The notes beneath the pieces were generated by a model. The model was given only the letters and a program-made list of their open reading frames with translations. It did not search any database and was not told where the DNA came from. A DNA stretch of 64,000 bases from IMG/VR virus record IMGVR_UViG_3300033062_002592, positions 32,001 to 96,000 of that record; one strand, 5' to 3'. Shown in pieces: positions 18,835 to 28,300 of the stretch. How positions within the stretch are numbered: the stretch's first letter is position 1; every line of letters starts with the position of its first letter. A program made the translations under genes and the position numbers. Origin of the DNA: a virus. Its lineage: Duplodnaviria > Caudoviricetes.

Positions 18835-20612
18835 AAACTTCAGAATATATTGTAAAATATTTACATGAATATGGAATCGAATATATATTCATGATTCCGG
18901 GTGGCGGAGCCATGTTTCTCAACGATGCGGTTGGTTATGGACCCATAAAATACGTCTGTACACATGGCGAACAAGCTGCGACCATGGCTGCTAAAGCTTA
19001 CGCACAATACAGTGGCAAACTTGGAGTTGTCTGTGTAACAACAGGTTGCGGCGGCACAAATACAATAACTGGAGTTTTGGATGCATATCAAGATAACGCT
19101 CCAATTCTAATTATTTCAGGTAACAACAACCTTTGGGAAACAATCAAAGGCTCGGGTCTTAAACTAAAACAATTTGGTGGACAAGAAGCCGATATATTAT
19201 CAATTGTTGAACCCATCACAAAATATGCTAAAATGGTTGAAAAGCCAGAAGATATAAAATATGAATTACAAAAGGCAATTCATGTTGCAACCCATGGAAG
19301 TCCGGGACCCGTGTGGCTTGACATACCTATGAATATTCAATGTGCCCAAATTGATGAAACAAAACTTTCAGAGTTTGTACCATCCAGAGAAGTATTGAAA
19401 CCTATTAGTGAAGAAATTTCAAAAATGGTGATGATGTTTCAACAAGCTTCAAGACCTATAGTTTTGGTTGGACAAGGAGTTCGACTTGCTAAATCTATAT
19501 CCGAATTTAAAAAATTCATAGAAGAAAACAATCTTCCAGTAGTTGCCTCTAAGTTAGGAATTGACATTCTTGAATATGATAATCCATTATATATTGGTAA
19601 TATTGGAACTAAAGGTGACCGTGCAGGAAATTTTGCGATTCAAAATTCGGATTTAGTTTTAGTTTTAGGTTCAAGACTTGCAGTTAGTTCCACAAGCCAG
19701 AGGTTTAATTGGTTTGCCAGAGAAGCCAAAAAAATTGTAGTTGATATAAATTCTATTGAGCACCAAAAGAAAACTGTTAAAATAGATTTATTTATTGAAT
19801 GTGATTTGAAAAAATTTTTTGAAATGATGAATTATATTTGTTTAAAGACAGCAAAATCTTCTTGGGTTGAAATATGCCAACATTGGAAAGAAATCTTCAA
19901 AACATATTCACCAAGCTTTGCAGAAAGCGAAAAAATCAATCTGTATTACTTTGCAGAAATACTTTCTCAAAAACTGCGTCCAAACAATGCTATTGTAGGC
20001 GATGCAGGATCAAATATGTTTATTCCCGCCCAAGGAATTCATATTAGTGGTTCCCAAAGATTCATTTTTAGTGCGGCTCAAACGACCATGGGATTCACGC
20101 TTCCAGCTTGTGTGGGCGTCAGCTTAGCAAAAAATAAAGGAGAAGTCATAGGCATCTGCGGCGATGGCTCTTTCCAATTTAACATTCATGAATTGCAAAC
20201 AATAAAACATCATAATTTACCAGTTAAAATTTTTGTCTGGAATAATGGAGGGTATCTCACAATGAGAAATACTCAAATGAACTTTTTCAAAAGGCTTAAT
20301 GCTTGCACCCCAGAAACTGGCGTTTCATTTCCAGATACATCAAAGATAGCTAATGCCTATGATATAATGTATTTCAAGGCTGATAACAGTAAATCTCTTC
20401 CAAGAATTATAGATGATGTTTTAAATCATAAAGGACCAGTAATATGTGAAGTTATGTGTCTTTATAACCAACCAATTTTAACAGTGCTTGGAAAGCAAAA
20501 TCCAGATGGTTCGTTTACATCAAGACCGCTTGAAGATATGTATCCATTTTTAGATAGAAAAATATTCTTTAAGGAAATGATAATAAACCCGGTTGAAACT
20601 TCTTATGATTAA
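18822..20612 (+). CDS. Thiamine-diphosphate enzyme, acetolactate-synthase-like (YerE-like sugar carboligase by context)
   Basis: HGEQAA, TTGCGGTN, GPVWLDIP, GDGSFQFN...NNGGY ThDP motif; embedded in a sugar-nucleotide cluster. Confidence 0.9.
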   Translation: MSPMKTSEYIVKYLHEYGIEYIFMIPGGGAMFLNDAVGYGPIKYVCTHGEQAATMAAKAYAQYSGKLGVVCVTTGCGGTNTITGVLDAYQDNAPILIISGNNNLWETIKGSGLKLKQFGGQEADILSIVEPITKYAKMVEKPEDIKYELQKAIHVATHGSPGPVWLDIPMNIQCAQIDETKLSEFVPSREVLKPISEEISKMVMMFQQASRPIVLVGQGVRLAKSISEFKKFIEENNLPVVASKLGIDILEYDNPLYIGNIGTKGDRAGNFAIQNSDLVLVLGSRLAVSSTSQRFNWFAREAKKIVVDINSIEHQKKTVKIDLFIECDLKKFFEMMNYICLKTAKSSWVEICQHWKEIFKTYSPSFAESEKINLYYFAEILSQKLRPNNAIVGDAGSNMFIPAQGIHISGSQRFIFSAAQTTMGFTLPACVGVSLAKNKGEVIGICGDGSFQFNIHELQTIKHHNLPVKIFVWNNGGYLTMRNTQMNFFKRLNACTPETGVSFPDTSKIANAYDIMYFKADNSKSLPRIIDDVLNHKGPVICEVMCLYNQPILTVLGKQNPDGSFTSRPLEDMYPFLDRKIFFKEMIINPVETSYD

Positions 20613-21597
20613 TGCCCCACCTTTAGTTTTTTTCAAAATAAATCAAATTGATTATTCGCAATTAAATTCAAAAAAGGTCTCTATAGTCTTAGTAACTTTC
20701 AGAAAAACCCCCAAATATGAAATGCTCTATGAATCACTGTCACACCAAACAATCAAAAATTTTGAAGTTGTGTTAATAGAGGAACAATATGAATTGCATA
20801 AAGAACTTGTAAAAAATCTTTCTAAAAAATTCAATATTTCAACAACCCATGTTTATTGTGAGTCAACGGTACCCGAAAATGCAAAGGCTTTGAACGAAGG
20901 AATTGTCCACAGCACAGGCGATTATATTATGAATATCAACGACTGTATGTATTTTCCTTATAGGTGGCTTGAAAAACATTTGCTTGTTGCTTCAAAGGAT
21001 TTTCTAAGTTTGGGCGCTCGCTATTTTACATATTCAACAAATTTTCCAATCGAAAAATATTTATCGGGAATAATTGAAATTCCCAAAGAACAAGATAAAA
21101 ACATTTCAAAGTTTTTAGAAGAAAAAAGTGGAATAAAAGATTATTTGAACATCCATTTCGGTGAACATATAGTATCAAGTCCTCAAGATTATAGGCTTTT
21201 GGGGCTTCCAACAGATATATTCAAAGAAGATAATCTTATTTTAGAAGCATTGCCAGGATGGAATTATGGTGGAAACTCGATGGCTCCTACAGAAATGTTT
21301 CTTGAAATAAATGGGTTTGATGAAAGATTTGATAATGGTTATGGTTGGACAGATTGCGAAATTGGCATTAGAATGTATAATAAAGGACATAAAGCATTTA
21401 TTAATCTATCAAATTGGTCTCTTGAAATTCAAGATAAAGACCATGTTGATGTTATAGAATTAAAAGCAGATTTAAAGGATAAAAACAAATCTGATAATAA
21501 CTGGAAACTTTATGAGGAAGCTTGTGATAAAAAATTAACTTTTGTTAATCCAAACAAAAATTTGAGGGAAATAAAAGAAAAAAATAAGGGAAAGTAA
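20593..21597 (+). CDS. Glycosyltransferase, GT2 family
   Basis: VSIVLVT, QTIKNFEVVLI, ALNEGI, NINDC, NGFDERF..GYGWTDCE. Confidence 0.85.
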   Translation: MKLLMINAPPLVFFKINQIDYSQLNSKKVSIVLVTFRKTPKYEMLYESLSHQTIKNFEVVLIEEQYELHKELVKNLSKKFNISTTHVYCESTVPENAKALNEGIVHSTGDYIMNINDCMYFPYRWLEKHLLVASKDFLSLGARYFTYSTNFPIEKYLSGIIEIPKEQDKNISKFLEEKSGIKDYLNIHFGEHIVSSPQDYRLLGLPTDIFKEDNLILEALPGWNYGGNSMAPTEMFLEINGFDERFDNGYGWTDCEIGIRMYNKGHKAFINLSNWSLEIQDKDHVDVIELKADLKDKNKSDNNWKLYEEACDKKLTFVNPNKNLREIKEKNKGK

Positions 21598-21599
21598 AA

Positions 21600-22652
21600 A
21601 TGTCTTCCTTAGAAATTTATAAAAATAAAAAGGTGCTTATAACCGGCAACACTGGGTTTAAGGGTTCGTGGCTATCTTTATGGCTGCAGTCTCTTGGAGC
21701 AAATGTGTATGGATATTCTCTTCCTCCTCCAACAGAACCCAATATGTTTAATATTTTAAATTTAAGCACAAAAATTGATACACATTTTGATGATATAAAA
21801 GATTTTGCTTCCTTGCTTTATTTTTTCAAGATAATTGACCCAGAAATTGTTATTCATCTTGCCGCGCAACCAATTGTTAAAGAATCTTATATGAATCCTA
21901 AATTAACATTTGAGACAAATGTTATGGGAACAATTAACGTTCTTGAATCAATTAAAAGAACAGACGGTATTAAGGCTGCAATCATAATAACAACAGACAA
22001 AGTTTATGAAGATAAATATCCTTATATTTATAAAGAAACAGACAAATTGGGAGCAAATGATCCATATAGTTCAAGTAAAGCTTGTGCTGAAATCGTTACA
22101 GATTCTTATAGGCGTGCATTTTTTAAATCAAAAAATATACAAGTAGCCACTGCACGAGCTGGAAACATTCTTGGGGGAGGAGATTGGGCGGTAAGAATAA
22201 TTCCAGAAACAATTAAAAAATTGCAAAGAGGAGAAAAGGCAACAACATATATGCCAGAAGCTGTTAGACCATGGCAGTTTATTATGGATCCCCTTTATGG
22301 ATATTTATTACTTGGATCAAAATTGTTAGAAGGCCCAAAATATTCGGATGCATGGAATTTTGGTCCTCCAGAAACAAATTATCTTACGGTTGAAGAGTTG
22401 ATTAAAAAAATTATTCGTTATTGGGGTTCTGGAGACTACATTACAATTGATTCAGATAAAACAATGCCAGAGTCCGAGCTTTTAAAGCTGGATTGTGAAA
22501 AATCTAAAAAATTGCTAGGTTGGAAAGGAAAATATTCCATAGATGAGACTTTAGAAAAAACTGTTTTATGGTATAAGAATTATTATTCAGGAAAAACAAA
22601 TATGTATAAATACACATTAAGTCAAATAAAGGAGTACGATTCAATAAGATGA
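21600..22652 (+). CDS. rfbG: CDP-glucose 4,6-dehydratase
   Basis: ITGNTGFKGSWL, HLAAQPIV, TTDKVY, DPYSSSKAC, ARAGNILGGGDW, RPWQ, WNFGP. Confidence 0.93.
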   Translation: MSSLEIYKNKKVLITGNTGFKGSWLSLWLQSLGANVYGYSLPPPTEPNMFNILNLSTKIDTHFDDIKDFASLLYFFKIIDPEIVIHLAAQPIVKESYMNPKLTFETNVMGTINVLESIKRTDGIKAAIIITTDKVYEDKYPYIYKETDKLGANDPYSSSKACAEIVTDSYRRAFFKSKNIQVATARAGNILGGGDWAVRIIPETIKKLQRGEKATTYMPEAVRPWQFIMDPLYGYLLLGSKLLEGPKYSDAWNFGPPETNYLTVEELIKKIIRYWGSGDYITIDSDKTMPESELLKLDCEKSKKLLGWKGKYSIDETLEKTVLWYKNYYSGKTNMYKYTLSQIKEYDSIR

Positions 22653-23221
22653 GTGATGAATCAGATTCACTCTTTACATATAATCAAAATAATATTGAAA
22701 TAAATGCAATTGAATATATAGAGCATTATACAAGCGATTATAAAAAAGAAGGAAAAATTCTTTATGATACAATTTTAGAACTTAATGCTAAAATCATTGT
22801 AGATTTAGGGATTCGCGGTGGTTGTTCAACAAGAGTATGCCTCTTAGGAGCTAAAGAAACAAATGGAGAAGTTTATAGCTGCGATATAATTTTCCCAGAA
22901 AAATCACTTAAAGATTTTATAGAAAAGTATGGGTTAAAAAAATATTGGCATCTTCATATTGGTGATGATATAGAGTTTGCATCACAAATAGATAAAAAAA
23001 TAGATATTCTGCTTTTAGATTCGAATCATGAAACTCAGCATGTTATAGCACAATTAGTTTGTTATCCTGAAAAGGTTTCTCCATTAGGTAGAATATTTAT
23101 ACATGATTCAAAGTATCAAAGTGTAGAAGATGCCATTAACGCTTTTATGTTAAATAATAACAAATGGATTAAAATAGAGCATGACACAACTCTTGGTTAT
23201 GCTGAGTTTAGGAGAATATAA
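22649..23221 (+). CDS. Class I SAM methyltransferase (Methyltransf_24-like)
   Basis: VDLGIRGGCST, SCDI, LLLDSNH, FIHD; paralogue of 17367-17954. Confidence 0.8.
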   Translation: MSDESDSLFTYNQNNIEINAIEYIEHYTSDYKKEGKILYDTILELNAKIIVDLGIRGGCSTRVCLLGAKETNGEVYSCDIIFPEKSLKDFIEKYGLKKYWHLHIGDDIEFASQIDKKIDILLLDSNHETQHVIAQLVCYPEKVSPLGRIFIHDSKYQSVEDAINAFMLNNNKWIKIEHDTTLGYAEFRRI

Positions 23222-23225
23222 CTAA

Positions 23226-24362
23226 ATGAAAGTTGGAATGGTCAGTCCTTTTCGGGTTCAATGCGGCAACGCTCAGCACACAGAAAATCTTGTCATAGAA
23301 CTTGTAAAACAAGTTGATTCTTTTAAAATATTCGCAGAAAATGTTATTCCTCCTGAAACAGAAATTGGGCCAATAAATAAAAATATTCATATCGATTACG
23401 AAAGATGTTGGCAGCGTGGTCAAGGATTCGAAATTTTAGAAAGAAAAATCAAGGAATATTCACCAAATGTAATACATATACAATTTGTTGGTGGCTTATT
23501 CAATGAATTATCTTATGATCCAAATAGCGCATTTCAAAAAATTATTGAAAATTTGAGAAATGTTGGAATAAAAATTATTTTATACATGCATGATGTACCA
23601 GAATACTTCCCAGATGAAAAACAAATATATAATTGGTATAAAAATTTGCAAGCAATATTTTTTGTTGCAAATCCATCAACTAAAAATGGAATTAAAAAAT
23701 GGTTTCCAGAAGCTCAAGTATATATTATCCCTCTAGGAACTCCAAATGTAACTATTACCGACAAACTTTTAGCAAGACAAAAACTGGGTTTAAACGAAAA
23801 AGATTTTATATTGATGCAACCTGGATTTTATGGTAAAAACAAAGGCATGAAAGAAATCATTGATAATATTCAGCATATTCATATACCGAATTTTAAAATG
23901 GTTTTTGCGGGAACAATGCATCCTTTTTCAATGGATTTAGATAAGGTTTATATGAAAGAATGTATTAAATCTGCACTTAAAGTTAAAGATAGAGTAATTT
24001 TCGTAAATAAATTTTTAACAAAAGATGAAATAGATTTGTATTGTTCCGCTGCAGATTTCTTTATTTCCAACCAATCAATGATATTTGGCTATGCTGGTAC
24101 AGCAAGCGTTCATGGCTTATTGCCATTTGGTAAACCCCTAATATTGAGTACAAGCCCCAAATTATCTGCCTTTACAGATAATGTAGATTGTAAAAAATTT
24201 GCTCCAAATCATCTTGTAGAAACTATAATGGATCTTTATACAAAAACTGAAATTCAAAAACAACTTTCAAATGGTGCTCTTGAATTGGCTGAAAAAACAA
24301 GCTGTAAAAATGTTTCAAAACAATGTGTAGAAATCTATAATAAGGTGTGCAAAATAAAATGA
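23226..24362 (+). CDS. Glycosyltransferase, GT4-like
   Basis: QCGNAQHT, IHIQF, HDV, IPLG, QPGFYGKNKG. Confidence 0.85.
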   Translation: MKVGMVSPFRVQCGNAQHTENLVIELVKQVDSFKIFAENVIPPETEIGPINKNIHIDYERCWQRGQGFEILERKIKEYSPNVIHIQFVGGLFNELSYDPNSAFQKIIENLRNVGIKIILYMHDVPEYFPDEKQIYNWYKNLQAIFFVANPSTKNGIKKWFPEAQVYIIPLGTPNVTITDKLLARQKLGLNEKDFILMQPGFYGKNKGMKEIIDNIQHIHIPNFKMVFAGTMHPFSMDLDKVYMKECIKSALKVKDRVIFVNKFLTKDEIDLYCSAADFFISNQSMIFGYAGTASVHGLLPFGKPLILSTSPKLSAFTDNVDCKKFAPNHLVETIMDLYTKTEIQKQLSNGALELAEKTSCKNVSKQCVEIYNKVCKIK

Positions 24363-25168
24363 CAGAAGAAAAACTTTTAAACATAATCATAGTAAATCAT
24401 AATAATTGGAGATATTTGGCAGGTTGTTTAGCCTCAATTTTTCAAAATACAATTTCAAAAACTGAATATGAAATAATAGTTGTTGATAATGCTTCTACAG
24501 ACATATCCTTAAAGCTTTTGGAATATTTACATGAACAAGGAGAGCCAGTTAAAATCATTAAAAATACAGAAAATTTGAATTATGTACTAGGTAATAATAT
24601 TGGATTGAAAAATACAAATTCAAAATACATACTATTTTTAAATAATGATACAATTTTAGATAAAAATTGTCTTAAAGAAATGTTGAATGTATTTACATTA
24701 GAACCAAAGGCTGGAATGGTTGGAGCAATACAATATTCTCCTTCTGGAACTTTAGCGTGCCCACCTCTTGGTAAATTTAATAGGAATCCTGAAGATTGGA
24801 GTTCTGTTGGATTTGACCCATGTGACAATCCGGAAAAGCTTCCTAAACCATTTGTAGAAGTTGATAATACAAATACCGCGTGCGCAATGATTTCTAAAGA
24901 GGTTTTAAACAAAATAGGATATATGGATGAAGAATTTTGTCCATGTATGTATGAAGCTGAAGATTATATTATGCGAATAAAAGTTGCAGGATTTAAAATT
25001 TTGGTATGTACAACAGCAAAATTGGTTCATTATGTTGCTGCAACCACAAATATTACGCAAGATACGCAACGATATTATACCTATGTAGTATTGCCAAAAA
25101 ACCGAAAAGTTTTTATTAAGAAATGGGGAAAATATTTTGAGGAAGAAAAAAAATGTCAAAAATACTAA
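24359..25168 (+). CDS. Glycosyltransferase, GT2 family
   Basis: IIIVNHN, VVDNASTD, NNIG, FLNND, GYMDEEF..YEAEDY. Confidence 0.92.
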   Translation: MTEEKLLNIIIVNHNNWRYLAGCLASIFQNTISKTEYEIIVVDNASTDISLKLLEYLHEQGEPVKIIKNTENLNYVLGNNIGLKNTNSKYILFLNNDTILDKNCLKEMLNVFTLEPKAGMVGAIQYSPSGTLACPPLGKFNRNPEDWSSVGFDPCDNPEKLPKPFVEVDNTNTACAMISKEVLNKIGYMDEEFCPCMYEAEDYIMRIKVAGFKILVCTTAKLVHYVAATTNITQDTQRYYTYVVLPKNRKVFIKKWGKYFEEEKKCQKY

Positions 25169-25677
25169 ATCCTTTTGAAAACGTAGAAGCTCATTACAAT
25201 ACAAAACTTATTGGTGCATCATATGAAAATAAAATCATCTTGGACTTGGGTGCATCCAATGGAGACTCCGCAGAATATTTTCTAAATAATGGAGCAAAGT
25301 TTGTTATAGCAGTTGAAGGAAATTTCAATTTTCAAGGAAGAAATGTTTTTGCAGAATTGCTAGAAAACAGTAAATTATTTAATGGAAAAATAATTCCAAT
25401 TTTTATGTGGATAGATAATCCCAAACAAATAGAAAATTTAATTATTGCATATAAACCAGATATTGTGAAAAGCGATATTGAAGGAGCTGAAATACACCTG
25501 TTTAATATTCGAGATGAAGTTTGGCAGTTAGTACCAGAATATATTGTTGAAACTCATGAAGGTTATTTACATGACGATTCAAATAAAATTATGTATTTAA
25601 AGTGTGAAAAAAATAAATATAAAATTATGACTGATACGTGTATTGTTGCCCATGTTATATATACAAAAAGGGAGTGA
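25153..25677 (+). CDS. FkbM-like SAM methyltransferase
   Basis: LDLGASNGD...VKSDIEGAE...VETH; paralogue of 15867-16433. Confidence 0.78.
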   Translation: MSKILNPFENVEAHYNTKLIGASYENKIILDLGASNGDSAEYFLNNGAKFVIAVEGNFNFQGRNVFAELLENSKLFNGKIIPIFMWIDNPKQIENLIIAYKPDIVKSDIEGAEIHLFNIRDEVWQLVPEYIVETHEGYLHDDSNKIMYLKCEKNKYKIMTDTCIVAHVIYTKRE

Positions 25678-25683
25678 TAAAAA

Positions 25684-26079
25684 ATGAAAGAAAATCCAAA
25701 TGTAGAATGGATTAAAAGAAGAAAAGAACTTTTGGAAAATATCAAAGGATTTGGAATCAAAGGAGACAGAATTCAAATAACAACACAGTTAAGCTACATA
25801 CATAGTTCAATGTATGAATCTATGGTTGGCTGGCAAAATTGGATCAATGGATGGATTTCTATTGAACTTAATAAAAAAATTAATGTTGCAGATTCAAATG
25901 TGCTAATTCTTTCCGACATAGAACTAAAAGATTTACATGAAAAATTCAAAGATTTTGCTACGAAATTCATAGAACTTGACATAAAATTCACAGAAATTGT
26001 AACCAAAAAAATGAATAAGAAAAAACTCAAAGAGTTTCAACAAGGCCTCGATGATAATATGAAAAGGATGATTGTTTAA
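25684..26079 (+). CDS. DUF2153-like archaeal helical protein
   Basis: WIKRRKELLE...DRIQ...S..GW..W...FIELDIKFT pattern recalled from DUF2153. Confidence 0.55.
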   Translation: MKENPNVEWIKRRKELLENIKGFGIKGDRIQITTQLSYIHSSMYESMVGWQNWINGWISIELNKKINVADSNVLILSDIELKDLHEKFKDFATKFIELDIKFTEIVTKKMNKKKLKEFQQGLDDNMKRMIV

Positions 26080-27218
26080 TGAAAATAGCAATGGTAACCA
26101 CATGGCGCACAGCCTGTGGAGTTGCAAAATATACTGAAGAATTATGCAACGAGCTTTCCAAACTTTGTGAATTGAGGATTTTTGCAGAACATACCCAAAA
26201 AGAGCTTGAGCCAATAAACAAAGATGCAAACATTTTTTATAAACGATGCTATATTAGAGGAGGCTCTTATCAAGAAGAACTCGAAGAAATATTGGATTAT
26301 AAGCCAGACCTAGTTCATGTACAATTCGAATCATCTATGTATAGTGAATCTTATAACCCAAACAGTCTTCATCTTAAATTTTTGGATACATTACATATAA
26401 ATGGTATAAGAACCTGTATGACCTTTCACAATGTATTACCATTTCCAAATTTCGTAAACAATGAGGTGCAGCAAATTGCATTATGGTACAGTAGCTTGAA
26501 CAACAAAGTTATTGTTGGCAACGAAACCACTAAAAACGAATTTTTGAAATGGAATAAAAATATAGATATATCTGTAATACCTCTAGGTTCAACAATTTTT
26601 GATTCTATTACAAAAGAAGAAGCTCTTAAAAAACTGGGTCTTTCCAATAAAATTTACATAATACAGCCAGGATTCTATGGAGCCGACAAAGGAATGGTTC
26701 AACTTGTTAAATTGATGCCTGAATTGCTTCAGAAATTCCCAAATATTCATCTAGTTTTTGCTGGTGGACTTCATCCATTGGCTCCAGATGCTTGGAAAAT
26801 TCACACAAAAGAATGTCTCAAAGAAATCATCAAATTAAACCTAATCAAATATGTATATCCTTTAGGAAAGTTTCTTTCAGAAGATGAATTAAATGTTTGG
26901 CTAGGGTTATCTGACATAGTGATGCTAAATTACCACTGGGTTTCCGGTTTATATAGCGCATCAGCATCCGGCCATCGAGTCCTATGCACTAACAGACCCA
27001 TAATCATGAATTCTCAAGATGTGCGCCTTTCAGAGTTTCAGGATGGCATTCAATGCTGCAAAGCTGATGATGCCCATATGGTAGAAGCCATTTCGAAATG
27101 CTTATCTGATAAACTTTATGCTGATAAAATAGCTAAAGGCGCTATTGACTATGCCCACGAAACATCATTTGAATCTATAGCAAAAAAACATATGGAGATT
27201 TATGAAAAATGCAATTAG
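26079..27218 (+). CDS. Glycosyltransferase, GT4-like
   Basis: ACGVAKYT, VHVQFE, TFHNV, IPLG, QPGFYGADKG, SASASG. Confidence 0.85.
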   Translation: MKIAMVTTWRTACGVAKYTEELCNELSKLCELRIFAEHTQKELEPINKDANIFYKRCYIRGGSYQEELEEILDYKPDLVHVQFESSMYSESYNPNSLHLKFLDTLHINGIRTCMTFHNVLPFPNFVNNEVQQIALWYSSLNNKVIVGNETTKNEFLKWNKNIDISVIPLGSTIFDSITKEEALKKLGLSNKIYIIQPGFYGADKGMVQLVKLMPELLQKFPNIHLVFAGGLHPLAPDAWKIHTKECLKEIIKLNLIKYVYPLGKFLSEDELNVWLGLSDIVMLNYHWVSGLYSASASGHRVLCTNRPIIMNSQDVRLSEFQDGIQCCKADDAHMVEAISKCLSDKLYADKIAKGAIDYAHETSFESIAKKHMEIYEKCN

Positions 27219-28300
27219 GATTAGTTTCAACCTTCGGAGTTAAATGTGGCCTTTCAACCTATAGTACGTATCTCGGCAACGCTCTGCAAAATTCAAAAAT
27301 TTCTGTCACAGGATTATCAGAATTTCCTTTTCCAGATGAAAAAGCTATTACTCCGGATTTTCAACCCAAATTTCCATTCTTCAATTGTTGGAAAAGAACA
27401 GAGTTCTATGATAGATTAATCAAAGAAAGTCATAACTATGATATAATTCATATTCAACATCAGTTTGGATTGTTCAACAATACCTATGCTTGGATACAGC
27501 TTTTGCAAAAGATTAAAAAGCCCATTCTTACAATCCATGATATAGTTCCACCAAATGAGCAGCTTTCAACCTATTTCACAGAAACATTTCACCATGCTGA
27601 TAGGCTCATAGTACATACGAATACTTGCAAAAATATGCTTGAAAGTTGGAACTGTCCAAAAGATAAAATCGAATTGATTCCGCATGGCACAAAACTCATA
27701 GATGTTCCCACCAAAACTGAAGCTCGTAAGGAGCTTCAACTTCCAGAAAATGCAAAGATAATTTTATCATGGGGATTTATTTGGGAATCCAAAGGCTTGC
27801 TAGAGCTAACGAATATTCTTTCAGAAGTTAAAAAAACTTATCCAGAAGCAATTTTAATTCATGCCGGCGGCGTTCACCCTATATTGCAGAAATCGCAATA
27901 TGTTGCGAACATTTTAAAAGCCGCAATAAAATCTGGGCTTGGACCAAAAGATTTAATTATAACCCAGTGGGTTCCAGAAGATAAAGTGCCAACATGGTTC
28001 GGCGCTGCAGATGTAATTGTTTTGAACTATATGAGAGGCAGTGCCTCAGCCAGCGGTGCCGCGCACAGAGCTATGGCTGGTCATCGACCAATTATAAAAA
28101 CAGATGATCCATGTGTTGAAGATATTACAGGTTATACCGTTGCGCGTTTCGATATTAATGCTCTCTATAATGCGATATTGAAAGTTCTACAGGATGAAGT
28201 TTTGCAGAAAACTTTGGTTGAACAGGCAGAAAAAGCTTCCATAGAAACTTCGTGGCAAAACGTTGCTTTGAAGCACAAAAAGCTCTATGGAATGTTTTGA
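27209..28300 (+). CDS. Glycosyltransferase, GT4-like
   Basis: KCGLSTYS, IHIQH, TIHD, IPHG, WGFIWESKG, SASASGA, SWQNVA. Confidence 0.88.
   Translation: MQLGLVSTFGVKCGLSTYSTYLGNALQNSKISVTGLSEFPFPDEKAITPDFQPKFPFFNCWKRTEFYDRLIKESHNYDIIHIQHQFGLFNNTYAWIQLLQKIKKPILTIHDIVPPNEQLSTYFTETFHHADRLIVHTNTCKNMLESWNCPKDKIELIPHGTKLIDVPTKTEARKELQLPENAKIILSWGFIWESKGLLELTNILSEVKKTYPEAILIHAGGVHPILQKSQYVANILKAAIKSGLGPKDLIITQWVPEDKVPTWFGAADVIVLNYMRGSASASGAAHRAMAGHRPIIKTDDPCVEDITGYTVARFDINALYNAILKVLQDEVLQKTLVEQAEKASIETSWQNVALKHKKLYGMF

Noticed and set aside
18822-20612. ilvB auxiliary metabolic gene for branched-chain amino acids
   Set aside because: No other ilv genes or regulatory subunit; the context is nucleotide-sugar biosynthesis.
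14953-28300. Host chromosomal polysaccharide locus flanking a provirus
   Set aside because: It lies between viral replication and tail genes, overlaps the last tail gene by 16 nt, and lacks transport/polymerase genes, integrase or att-like boundaries.
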